Source: Lytechinus pictus
Taxonomy: Eukaryota
Direction of reading: 5' to 3'
Length of the DNA: 64,000 nt
NCBI RefSeq assembly: GCF_037042905.1
Contig: NC_087250.1
Coordinates: 23,624,001-23,688,000 of the forward strand
Below, piece by piece: positions 1 to 11,695 of this stretch. A program made the position numbers and the translations under genes. Each line of letters opens with the position of its first letter. Within the stretch, counting starts at the first letter, position 1. Under the pieces are notes generated by a model. The model searched no databases and was not told where the DNA came from. It saw only the letters and a list, made by a program, of their open reading frames with translations.

Positions 1-71
1 CCTTTTTCTCCACCTTTTTTCTTGGTAATTATAATTTTTGGGGTCCTAGGCCCCAACCACCCCCGACTCTA

Positions 72-205
72 AAAACGACTGGTGATCCTTTCTTGTGGTA
101 AATGATATAATAAATTGGCGATGGTTTAGCGCGTAAGAAATGATCACCATGCAGTCGTTCTTAAAGTCGCTCTTATCTTACGAACAGCTTTATGAAACGA
201 CCCCC
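72..205. mobile_element. Palindromic MITE, partial (family also at 35660-35841, 41212-41395, 42616-42799)
   Basis: Shared AAGAGCGACTTTAAGAACGACTGGTG inverted arms; CWG flanks in the complete copies. Confidence 0.8.
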
Positions 206-848
206 AGGATTGATAATGTTTCTCTCAAAATGACGATATATTAATTGCGTACCACAAAAAAAATGTAGTTTATAAAAAGAAGACCACCATGAAAAATTTG
301 GATAAAAAATAGTTGTGTTTAGTCATTTTTGTAGGTGCCAGTGTATTTTGGTAAAAGGGTGGGGCTAAAGTTCATGAAGGGAGCTAAATATCATATAAAT
401 ATCGTTACAAAGTCGTGATCAATTCATGTACTTCATATGCCCACTTTTTTCCCTTTCTCTTTCAATTTATTATCTTTATAAGCTGCCAAATAGATTCACA
501 TTCGGGAAATTCAGGTGAGTGAAATATCATAACCTAATTCCTATATACAATAATGATTACAGGTCGTTTTACCGTTTAGAAATATTCTTTTATCATTTTT
601 CAGTCTATGAATATTTTGAAGAGGATGATTTACCTCGCTCGCTGCTCTCGCTCGTCACATCACCCTGGAAGAGTCGTGGTGAAGTTGTTCTGATTCTCGC
701 CTTCTTATCTTCCATTTCTACCTCTTTTTCTTCTTACTATTTTTTTTTCTCTCCCTAAAAAACCCCACACTATTAAAGGGTTGGTCGATAGTCCACTGCA
801 AGCCTCTGTTCCTTTTTATTGAAGGTACGGACTTCAGAAGTAAAGACT

Positions 849-1100
849 ATGATGATGATGATGACGACGACGATGAATAAGAGGATGATGATAATGAGGA
901 TGAGGATGATGGTCATGATGATAATAATAATAATGATGATGATGATAGTGATGATGGTGAGGATGATGATGACGATAATGATGGTGATGATGATAATGAT
1001 GACGACGATGATGGTGATGATGATGATGATAATGATGGTGCTGAAGATGCTGCTGTTATCGCTGCTGATGATGATGTTGGTGATGATGATGATGATGACG
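849..1100. repeat. Degenerate (GAT)n microsatellite
   Basis: Seen directly; explains the poly-Met and poly-Ile ORFs. Confidence 0.95.
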
Positions 1101-1568
1101 AACCGCATTCGTTTAATCATAATCAAGATCGATTTTGTTCAAGCCGTATACCTTTCGCATAGATTATTTTCAAATTACGTATTCTATATTATGTGTTCAA
1201 TTGTTTTTTGTGTTGCTTTTTAAAGGGGGCTATTTGTCGCTCAATCTTTTGAAAAGTCTAATATTGTAGATCTACCTCGACTGATTTGACTGTATGTACT
1301 AGGAGCAGTGGCAACTACAACATACATTGCCATGTCCTACAACGTATCCTTACCTAAATCTTTATTTCTCTGTGGGTTTTCGTCATTATTTTGTGTTTAA
1401 ACATTTTTTAAATATTTGTATGATAAACTTCAAACTGTGTACTCTATAATGTCCAAATGTTTGAAAATAATTTGGAAATAAAGTCTTTCTAAATAGTAAA
1501 AATACAGTTAATAGAAAAAATAAATGAATTTAACAATGATGTCAAATATATATATATATATATATATA

Positions 1569-1724
1569 TCGCTATTTGCAAAGTATCAAATTCGATTCGT
1601 AAAAAATGGCTTGATTGTATCTCATTTTAAATTGGTTCTGCATAGGGAAAAACAAACAGCGCTATTTGCAAAGTATCAAAGTCAATTGGTAAAAAATGGC
1701 TTGATTGTATCTCATTTTAAATTG
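1569..1724. repeat. Direct duplication of ~65 bp
   Basis: CGCTATTTGCAAAGTATCAAA...TCTCATTTTAAATTG at ~1569 and ~1660. Confidence 0.9.
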
Positions 1725-2094
1725 AAATACAAGCACACACAAGATTAAGAAACATTGATTTACTTTATGTGATATACACCTGTTAATTACTGCCTCCCAA
1801 TGATATCATATCAACCCTTCTTTGAAATTCCCTTCTAGTAAACCAGCGAAGCCTGACAGACTTGGCTTGCTGTAACCATTGTTAGAGAAGTCATACACTG
1901 TTAGAACAGCAAAGGGCTCACCGCCCCCCTAAACAAACAATTAGTAAGAAAGCTCTTTTGAAAGATTTCCGAATGAGTATAAAAAGCAAGAAACGATAAT
2001 GAAAGCAGTGTCGAAATTCCATTGACTACATTCAATGAAATAAAGTTTAGCAAGCCTTACGCCAAATTCTCTCTAGATAATTAGGTCTTTTAAG

Positions 2095-2961
2095 TTAATT
2101 GGCCAATCATATCGCACGGTTCGTTTCACGTGACCCTTGCTCGACCTCGCCGAAGAAACGTCGATTGTCATTGAAGTGACATCAGTATGGTCTGCGTCCA
2201 ATTGAGGGACTAAGTTAAGTATTAAGTTTTTCTCAGAATATGATTATTCGAAAGTGAAATTTTAAGTGTGTGATATTATCATAAAGGTTCAATTGTTGAT
2301 GTGATTTATTTTGTAAAATAAAATCGGGGTAATATACAAATATCAATGAAATATTATCCGCATACATGGATCGCTTACCCCCTATTTGCTTTACAATAGA
2401 TTGTTCCAAACCTAAACCTAGAGGGGGAAAATGGCGCCCACCAATGCAAGGATTAAAGCCAGTTTCAAACAGTGATTTCAACACCTTCTGGTCGTATATA
2501 CTTTAAGTTCAAGGTTCGTATGCATTTTCCATTCATCCTCTGAATACAGTGTATTTTCATTTCAAGATTCTTTGAAATTTACGGTAATTACATACTTCCG
2601 ACGATTCGCATGTCCGTTCGAGATTGAATTGTGTATGGGGGTCGATTTGCAGTTTGTTTATGCATAAGCTATGTGGCTGGCGTATAAACTGCATTGTGAC
2701 GGGATTATAGCATAGCGAACCCCCTATTATACACACCGCTGCGGCTCAGCGTACGCTCATTGCTTTGTAGCGCTATAAATTCGCGATTGTGTCGGGATAA
2801 GTGTTCGATCAGACTAGATTTCATCTTATAATTTTTGTTTCCTGACGCAAGATTCTTGTTGGATATTTACTGACCTTTCCTGTAATTGAATGGATGTATA
2901 TTAGGAGGATATCACTGATCTTAGATTGGAATAATCTCAGGAGTAAAAGGGTAAATTAAAG
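2095..2961 (+). promoter_or_regulatory. Putative BCL9 promoter and first non-coding exon
   Basis: CpG-retaining unique sequence with GGCCAATCA (~2101), CACGTGAC (~2127), YY1-like AAAATGGCG (~2427) and TATAAA (~2683, ~2775). Two tandem donor-like sites, AAGG|GTAAAT (2951) and AAAG|GTAAAT (2962). The link to BCL9 is inferred. Confidence 0.4.
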
Positions 2962-4046
2962 GTAAATAACTGGACATGTTAAAATGTTTCTGTGTGTGAA
3001 TTCCTGGCAGTGCTACTGCTAGACTCTGTTGCTGGAAAAAAAAAGCATATTGATGGGACTGAAGTAAAGAGTGAAGAAGGCTGTAACTGTTTTCTGTAAT
3101 GTTACGTGGTTGTGTCTTTGTTACTAATGGGTGTGATTCATAAAGTGTGAATTTCTCATGTTTGTAAGTAAGATTTGATTTCCTAGGGCTAGGCTAAAGT
3201 ATTGAGCATCTAGACAGGAATAACCGTCGTTTCTGGGGATTTATTCAACAATTTCTGACATTTTACTATAATCCCCATTAACCGACGGTAGGGTATACGT
3301 GTGGGCTCGCATGTGTTCTCATTCCCACCCTTTTGTCACTTCACAGTCCAAAGTTTGATGTAATTTTACACATCGAATTTACAATCTAAGGATGTATAAC
3401 CAACAAACTTTTAAAACTGGATATTTTGTTAACAAAATACTTTAAACGATATAGATGAAAAGGCATGAAAAATTATACTTTACCGATGTTTAATTGGGTT
3501 GAACACGATAAAAAAGGTCAATATGGCAGCCAAACTATGAAATATTTACAAACGAACGGAGAGGGCGTCAACAATCACGAATGTGATATCGATATTGCTT
3601 TCGATATTATACGATCTGCTCCTTATTTGAATTCATGAAAAGGATACGTACACTCTACCTCGGTAATCATATAACGCGAGCGCGTAGCGCTTGCTGGTTT
3701 TTAAAGATAAAATTATCATCACTATTATTTACTATTATTATATAATTATCATTATCGCTAAAATCATTGTGGTTTTTAAATATTATCGTTGTAAGTATTA
3801 ATATTTGTAGTAGTAATATTTCATTATCATCGTTATTATGATTATTATTATTTCATTATTATCATCATCATCATCATTGTCATTATTTTCATTATATATA
3901 TTATCACTATGGTTAAGAGATAAAAGAATAATATTTTTCAGATAAATGTTATAGTAAACTGGTCGGGTTGATAAAATTTCTTGTTTGAAATTGAATTCCC
4001 AATTGGTCATGACCAGTTCCAGTCATTCTCTGATGATGTCGAGTAC

Positions 4047-4708
4047 CAGTGGCGTACCGTGGGTCACGGCATTGGGGGGGGGGGCACCAGCAAAAATTTT
4101 GAGTCATTTACTGGGCTGGCGAAGCGCGCTCAATTGCCAGGTACTGACGTAATAGAAGCATTTTAAGGACTGTTTCATTAAACAGATATGTATCTCACTG
4201 ATTAAATAATGCGAGCGCGAAGCGCGAGCTGAGATTTTTGAAATTCAGACCTGAAGAGGGGCATTCTTAGGCTTGTTTGTAAAAATTCACTAAGGCCATA
4301 CGTATTTCACTTACTAAATTATGCGAGCGCGAAGCGCGAGCTGAAAATTTCTGATAGAGTTTTCAGACCAGTAAAGGGACAATTTTAAGGACTGTTTCAG
4401 GAATTCATGAAGAGCAGACATATCTCACCAGTCCATTGATGCGAACGTAAGCACTAACTGGGAATATTTTATATTCAGACTTTAAAAAAGGGGCAGTTTC
4501 TTTTAAGTAGTCATGAGTGCAAGTGCAAGGAAATACATGTATATGGTTGACTTGAAAACGGAATTTTTTAGTACAACATGATTATATATTTCATCAAACA
4601 GAAATTACGAGCACCAGGAATGATGAACACAATGTCATAGGCCCTTAGCAAAATATGTTTCATAATTAGAGTTATGAAAAAAATATTTATGTAATATAAT
4701 ATATTATA

Positions 4709-4740
<32 letters not shown>

Positions 4741-4895
4741 ACTTAATATAATAGAATATGCACTAGTTTCTTCTTCCTCTACTACGTCTCTCCTTTTTTT
4801 CTCCTTCTTTTTCTACTTTTCCCCCTTCTTTTTTTTGGCCAGCCGATGGGGGGGGGGGCACGTGCCCCCCATGCCCCCCCGTAGTTACGCCACTG
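4047..4895. mobile_element. hAT-like MITE
   Basis: TIR CAGTGGCGTA...TACGCCACTG. Degenerate 8-bp TSD TCGAGTAC/TTGAGCAC. Internal GCGAGCGCGAAGCGCGAG repeats. Confidence 0.7.
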
Positions 4896-5237
4896 TTGAG
4901 CACGTGTTTTACCTCACTTTCATACACTTTCTTTCCCTTCGTTTTTTTCAATCCGCGGCAGCTTTGTCGTGTTATTGACTTTTTCTTGTTCCTTTTCTTC
5001 ATATTCTGATTTTCAAATTCAACCTTTGTCTCTATATACCTTCATTTCGTATCTCTTTTTGTCGATTTCTCTCATTGTCCACCATTCTTGTCCATACCAC
5101 TGAGTCTCCTGCTAAAGACATGTTAAGGCCTATACTTTCTCGCATGTTGCATGTTCTAATTCTTTCTTTCTTTATTGTTGTCATTTTCCTTTGCTTTTTC
5201 ACCTTTCCCATTCCTCCCACCCCGGCCTCTTTCCTCG

Positions 5238-6345
5238 TTTTTGTCTCACCTGCATAGCAGAGTGAGACTATAGGCGCCGCTTTTCCGACGGCGGCGGCGG
5301 CGGCGGCGGCGGCGGCGTCAACACCAAATCTTAACCTGAGGTTAAGTTTTTGAAATGACAGCATAACTTAGAAAGTATATGGTCCTAGTTCATGAAACTT
5401 GGCCATAAGGTTAATCAAGTATTACTGAACATCCTGCCTGAGTTTCATGTCACATGACCATGGTCAATGGTCATTTAGGGTCAATGAACTTAGACCATGT
5501 TGGGGGAATCAACATCAAAATCTTAACCTAAGGTTAAGTTTTTGAAATGTCAACATAACTTAGAAAATATATGGACCTAGTTCATAAAACTTATACATAA
5601 GGTTAATCAAGTATCACTGAACATCCTGCATGAGTTTCACGTCACATGACCAAGGTCAAAGGTCATTTAGGGTCAATGAACTTTGGCCGAATTGGGTGTA
5701 TCTGTTGAATTACCATCATAACTTTAAAAGTTTATGGATCTGATTCATGAAACTTGGACATAATAGTAATCAAGTATTACTGAACATCCTGTGCAAGTTT
5801 CAGGTCACATGATTAAGGTCAAAGGTCATTTAGGGTCAATGAACTTTGGTCAAATTGGGGTATTTGTTGAATTACCGCCATAACTTTGAAAGTGTGTTGG
5901 TCTAGTAAATGAAACTTGGACATAAGAGTAATCAAGTATTACTGAACATTCTGTGCGCATTTTAGGTCACATGACCAAGGTCAAAGGTCAATGAACTTTG
6001 GCCATAATGGGGGTATCTGTTTAATTACCATTATAACTTGGAAAGTTGTTGGATCTTACTCTTGAAACTTGGACATAAGAGTAATCAAGTATCACTGAAC
6101 ATCCTGTGTGAGTTTCAGGTCACATGATCAAGGTCAAAGGTCATGTAAGGTCAATGAACTTTGGCCACGTTGGGGCTATTTGTTGAATTACCATCATATC
6201 TCTATAAGTGTATTGGTCTAGTTTATAAAACGTGGAAATAAGAGTAACCAAGTATCACTGAACATCTTGTGCGAGTTATAGTACTGCTATATGCTGCTAT
6301 ATTGAATCGCGTGATGCAGGTGAGACGGCCAGAGGCATTCATCTT
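5238..6345 (+). mobile_element. Tsp/DINE-1/HINE-like (Helentron-associated) element with ~160-bp internal tandem repeats
   Basis: Subterminal IR GTCTCACCTGCAT (5243) / ATGCAGGTGAGAC (6314). (GGC)n microsatellite. About 6 units carrying AATCAAGTATYACTGAACAT, most also with AGGTCAAAGGTCA. Confidence 0.75.
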
Positions 6346-6862
6346 GTCTTTTCTTCATTTTACCTTTTTCTCTTTTCGCCCTTTTCTCGGTGAAATCCGC
6401 CAGGGCCGGGGCAGCTCCCCCCCCCCCCCCCCCCCCCGGCGCCTGTTACGCCAGGAAGACCAAATGAACAGCCGATAAGACCAATAGGGACTACCAGTAA
6501 GACCAATTGAGTTCACTCAGTCGGATACCAACCACTAAGCCAAAACATCAGTAACAGACTCCAGTATAATTAAGACCAGTTTAAAATCCCAGTTACTATA
6601 GGCCTATTCAATACCAATGACTGGAGCAGTATTATTTGTAACTAGAACAGTATTACCAGACCGATAAACCAATACTCCAATTTCCAGAGTTACTGGTCCA
6701 ACTGGTCAAGTTGATTTTTTTTTCTTGTGGTTAATTTGATTTTCTATTTTTATCATTTGACAGATTATTGTCTTATCTCTTCATTTTGGGCTCGGTAAAA
6801 TGTAGTTTAATGTGTCTATGGACAATCAAGTCTCGAAATGTGTGATTTAAAGAGAAACTTAC

Positions 6863-7193
6863 CCGCCGTTTTTCTGGCTGTGTTTGTGTCGTCACATCTT
6901 TTTTTTGAAGGGGTGTCTGTGCTTGTGGGCTTGTCAGTCGTCTTCGTTTCTTTCGAAGAAATGGCGAAGCATAGCTGGTCACCTTCACCTTCCTCCCCAA
7001 GTAAACATTGATTCTACTAATTTTCTTTAATTTGGATTTATTATTTTTGATCGGGTGTCACTTTAATTCCTAATGATTCGACAGCGTCAGCAGTGGTGTA
7101 ATCACGGTGATCCATTTTTGCATTCAAAGTTCTTCTTTTATTAGGATGATTAGTCAAATTACGGTCACAATTACAACACCAGTAGTCAGACAT
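6863..7193 (-). pseudogene. Frameshifted exon encoding a CxxC- and NLS-containing peptide inside transposon copy 1
   Basis: On the minus strand: ttcattttAG acceptor (7200-7199), ATG 7193, MSDYWCCNCDRNLTNHPNKRRTLNAKMDHRDYTTADAVESLGIKVTP, a frameshift near 7050, then KSKLKKISRINVYLGRKVKVTSYASPFLRKKRRRLTSPQAQTPLQKK...EKRR, then donor CGG|GTAAGT at 6862. Confidence 0.6.
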
Positions 7194-7264
7194 AATTACT
7201 AAAATGAATTAATGAATCAAATAAAATTACCACCAGCAATCAGCACACCTACATGGCAATATAC

Positions 7265-9061
7265 TTTTTTTTAAAGATGTTTTGTTTTTCTCTCAAATCA
7301 AATTTCATACAATGCAGTTAACAAAGTAACAATTGTAAATAATAATTCAAATAAATTTCTTAAACTAGTATACATTATGCACATCATGAAATAATATTCT
7401 CAGACTGCATCGTACCACTACCAGATGAGTTTAACAAACAAATATCAGAGAAAAAACTTATAAAAGTATATGCGTTGCACCTGCCCCCTCCTTGCCCCCC
7501 CCCCTTCCCTCCACAAACCCCCACACTTCACACCCTCAAACATTTTTCGTACACCCTTGCATATGATGCCGCGTTCCGTCTGAAATAAGAAAACACCATA
7601 ATGAACGAACATAATCTCGTGAGCTCTGTCGCCTCTATACTCTTGTAAGGAAATGTTCCCATTTCCTTATATGGTTTGATAATTTACCCCTTGTTACTGC
7701 TAAAATTTTCTCTTCACGTTCATTTTCTAATATCTTCTCTCTAATTTCGTTGGGACTTGGTGGTCTTTTTAGTCCTGCTGTAAACAAAGATCAGATATTT
7801 TATTAAAAGAATAATGTGATTAATTATTTGTTCCTTCCCTATATTAGCATGCTTAACACCAATGTGTATATCCACCCACCTGGCATTTTTTATTTCATAC
7901 ATATTGAATAAGTTACCACAATCTATCCATAAGTCTCTCGTCTTTTCACATGAGAAAAACAGATGCTCGTAAGTTTCTTCAGTATTCCCACAAAATGAAC
8001 ATTCACTATCTGAGAAAATTTTGAATAAATGTAAATATTTCTTCGTGTATATTTACTCATAAAGCATTTTAAATTGAAACTCTCTAAGCCTACTGCTTAG
8101 AGTACATTTTCTGGGTCTTGAAAATATAGCACATATATCTTTTTCGGAGAAATTATATGTCTTATATTATCAAACGCATACGATTTTTCCAATTTAATAC
8201 TTAAAAGTGCCTTGTATATTTTATTAGATGTCACGTTTGGTAAACTGTTAATCTTACCATTAAATATAAATTCTAGATTTAGACCAGTGTCTTCACAATT
8301 GTCTTTTTTCTTCAATAGGTGTTTCCATGTTGCTGGAATATTTTCAAAAACTTTATAAACTTTATCTATTTCATTTCCATCTAAACCCATTTTCAGAAAG
8401 TCTCTTTGCTTCCACCATATAAATAATTTTTTTTATTTTACTTAGAATCTATTTGTAAATTAACATTTACCTGAATTTCTACATCTAATGATAAAGTTAT
8501 TCCTAATATTTTGATAGTTTCAACTAATTTACCAAATGGAACTTTAATATCTTTTGTAGAAAGAGGACCCAACGCTAATATAAATGTGTTTTCTTTATTC
8601 ATTTTTAAGCCTGAAATCTTAGCAAAATCTCCAAATATTTTTCCGATTCTATCAATAGATTGGGAGTCCCTCACAAAAAGTGTCATATCATCCGCATAGA
8701 GCGCTTGTTTGACTTCTACATTACCAAAGCTGATTCCGTGGATGGATTTATCTTTACGAATGGTATTAGAAAGGACCTCGATACAAAGTATAAACAAATA
8801 AGGAGAGAGGGGATCCCCATGTCTCACACCTCTTTCAACACTAAAGTATCCTGTCGATATACCCCCATTAAATACGCAACTCAGGGCATTTTTGTATAAT
8901 GTTTTGATCCAGCTGCAAAATGAGGACCCGAAGCCAAAAGAACGTAAAACGTTTTGCAAAAAGATGTGCGAGACCGAATCAAACGCTTTTTCAAAATCTA
9001 TTGCCATTAAGAAACCAGGTGCATTATTTTGTTGTGTGTAGTAAATCATATCGTCAATCAA

Positions 9062-9063
<2 letters not shown>
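7265..9063 (-). mobile_element. 5'-truncated, internally deleted L1/Tx1-clade LINE
   Basis: RT motifs IDFEKAFDSV, GVRHGDPLSPYLF and YADD in ORF 8438-9061. C-terminal CSFC...EHLFFSC zinc knuckle near 7950-8005. Stops and frameshifts present. Confidence 0.92.
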
Positions 9064-9097
<34 letters not shown>

Positions 9098-9274
9098 AAG
9101 TGCACACCTAGTTACAATAATGCATATAGCATTTACATTTATTTGAAAGCAGGATAAAAGAGCATTGAAGATTAAATGCTTTGCTGACGGGCATAGGTGC
9201 CGCGGCCGGGGATCGTACCCCGGACTTTTTCATGTATAGCCAGGCGCCTTAGACCACTCGGCCACGGCACCTCC
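9064..9274 (-). mobile_element. tRNA-derived SINE with poly(A) tail
   Basis: Head GGAGGTGCCGTGGCCGAGTGGTCTAAGGCG with A and B boxes; 30-nt poly(T) on the + strand. Related copy at ~33635-33772. Confidence 0.85.
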
Positions 9275-9727
9275 TAAATCTAATTGATCTAATACGATAC
9301 GATACACTACACGAAGATAAACGATACTAGTTATAATCGCGATAAATCGAGACATGAAAAAGTTAATAACGATAATGACGTCATTCAAGATGGCAACTTG
9401 CAAGAAAAACCGTCAGGTCAGGTGAAAATGTCTTAGATGACAGATTTCTCAATCATCCAGAGGATTTTTTTCAATAACTCCGGCCCAAGGTATGCAATTA
9501 CTTAAGTTATTTATATTACCCTGATAATGGAAACCATGAAAATGTCAATTTTGCCTAAAAAACAGTTTTAAATCGCGATCTATAAAACGCTAGTTCACTA
9601 TACGTTGGCTGTAGGTAGGGGCCCCCCTCCTCTTCAGTCTATGTATGGTGAGTGGAGCCAACGTAGTTCAGCGGAACAACCAAAATACAGAGACTGAAGC
9701 TTTTGGTCTATTGAGCATCATGCTATA

Positions 9728-10354
9728 TAGACAGGAATAACCGTCGTTTCTGGGGATTTATTCAACAATTTCTGACATTTTTACTGTAATCCCCATTCAC
9801 CGACGGTATTTCTACTAGTGTGTTACTTTAGTGCAAGCCTGCATGTGTAATCACGTCACCCATTCGGAGGACGGGTTTTGTCCAGATTTCAATTTTTTTA
9901 GATTCTAAATGGCATATTATCTTGAACGAAGGCCCACTGTGCACTATTTTCGTTAGGTAAATACATGTACGTCTGTAAGGATGATGACGTCATCCAAGAT
10001 GGCAACTTACGTTGACCAACGAAAGGATCGAAGATGACGATGTTTCGATCATCATTTGAAAGGAGTTAGCGGTAACCATGGTATCTGCTGTCTAAGGTAC
10101 GATATTTCAGAATTTTAAACATTTTTTCGTAAATATGGATGTGATTTCTTTTTCATAATGTGAAATTTTATGTAAAAAAAAAACGATTGGAAAATCGGGT
10201 TTCCGCCGAATGTTAGAGCAAGTTAGATCTAACGTTACTGCTAATACGTTGTCTGTACGTACGGGCCTCCAAGCTCTTCAGTCTATGTATTGGTGAGTGA
10301 GCCAACGCAGTTCAGCGGAACAACCAAAATACAGAGACTGAAGCTTTTGGTCTA
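9728..10354 (+). mobile_element. TAGAC...GTCTA transposon copy 2 (different interior)
   Basis: Same ~80-bp left and ~100-bp right ends as copy 1. TSD CATGCTATA (9719-9727) / CATGCTTTA (10355-10363), one mismatch. Confidence 0.85.
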
Positions 10355-10491
10355 CATGCTTTATTGTTTTTCAGCAAGTTTTCTACTGTCTACAGTGCAA
10401 CCGATGCCGATGGTGCATGTTTGCGTACTAATTTGAACCCAGTCCCAGTCAGTTGAACATGATTATGATAACCCCATTTCACAAAATTGCA

Positions 10492-11311
10492 TAGACCAAA
10501 AGCTTCAGTCTCTGTATTTTGGTTGTTCCGCTGAACTACGTTGGCTCCACTCACCATACATAGACTGAAGGGGATGGGGCCCCGTACCTACAGCCAACGT
10601 ATAGTGAACTAGCGTTTTATAGATCGCGATTTAAAACTGTTTTTTAAGCAAAATTGAAAGTTTCATGGTTTCCATTATCAGGGAAATATAAATAACTTAA
10701 GTAATTGCATACCTTGGGCCGGAGTTATTGAAAAAAATCCTCTGGATGATTGAGAAATCTGTCATCTAAGACATTTTCACCTGACCTGACGGTTTTTCTT
10801 GCAAGTTGCCATCTTGAATGACGTCATTATCGTTCTTAACTTAATGTCTCGAATCGATATATCGCGATTATAACTAGTACTAGTACTAGTATAACTAGTA
10901 TCGTTTATCTTCGGTTTCGTTCGCATATGGAGCAGATCGTATAATATCGAAAGCAATATCGATATCACATTCGTGATTGTTGACGTTCGTTTGTAAATAT
11001 TTTATAGTTTGGCTGCCATTTTGACCATTTAAACATCGGTAAAGTATATTTTTCATGCCTTTTTCATCTATATCGTTTAAAGTATGTAAACATTGGAATA
11101 TCAAGTTTTAAAAGTTTGTTGTTTATACATCCTTAGATTGTAAATGCGATGTGTAAAATTACATCAAACTTTGGACTGTGAATTGACAAAAGGGAGGGAA
11201 TGAGAACACATGCGAGCCCACACGTACACCCTACCGTCGGTAAATGGGGATTACAGTAAAATGTCAGAAATTGTTGAATAAATCCCCAGAAACGACGGTT
11301 ATTCCTGTCTA
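10492..11311 (-). mobile_element. TAGAC...GTCTA transposon copy 3 (820 bp, inverted)
   Basis: Reverse complement of the copy 1 arms joined together. Perfect TSD AAAATTGCA at 10483-10491 and 11312-11320. Confidence 0.9.
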
Positions 11312-11695
11312 AAAATTGCATAACAATTAACATAGCATGTCCAAACTTTGTGCATATTTCAGAAATAGTAATACCCTTCAGTCTCTGTTCAGTGTCCTGT
11401 ACTAAGAATTCTACATGTACTAACCAAATTGAAAATTATTGATGGCAGATAGTTATTAGTAGACTAAAATCTATTATGAAAATGTGAAGTTGATCTTATG
11501 ATTTTTTTTATTTTTGGTTGCATGATAAGTTCTCATTTTTCTTGGAGTTGGTGCCAAAGGTAACAAATTTGCTGTTTTGTCATAATTTTCATAAATACTT
11601 ATCTTTTCTTTGAAGAAATTTATTTTACAGTGTAATTTTAGGTTGTTTTTCATGTTGTTGATGAGAGATTTTCAAGATATTGAATTGTTTTTTAG

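Larger units (their letters stand above)
3211..9710 (+). mobile_element. TAGAC...GTCTA DNA transposon copy 1 (AcademH-like), 6.5 kb with nested cargo
   Basis: 9-bp TSD TTGAGCATC at 3202-3210 and 9711-9719. Left arm 3211-~3624 and right arm ~9312-9710 match copy 3 in reverse complement. Confidence 0.85.

Noticed and set aside
773..1223. Poly-Ile and poly-Met ORFs
   Set aside because: (GAT)n microsatellite artefact.
3211..11311. Single 8.1-kb composite transposon with ~400-bp TIRs
   Set aside because: The outer flanks differ (TTGAGCATC versus AAAATTGCA), and each inner element has its own TSD pair.
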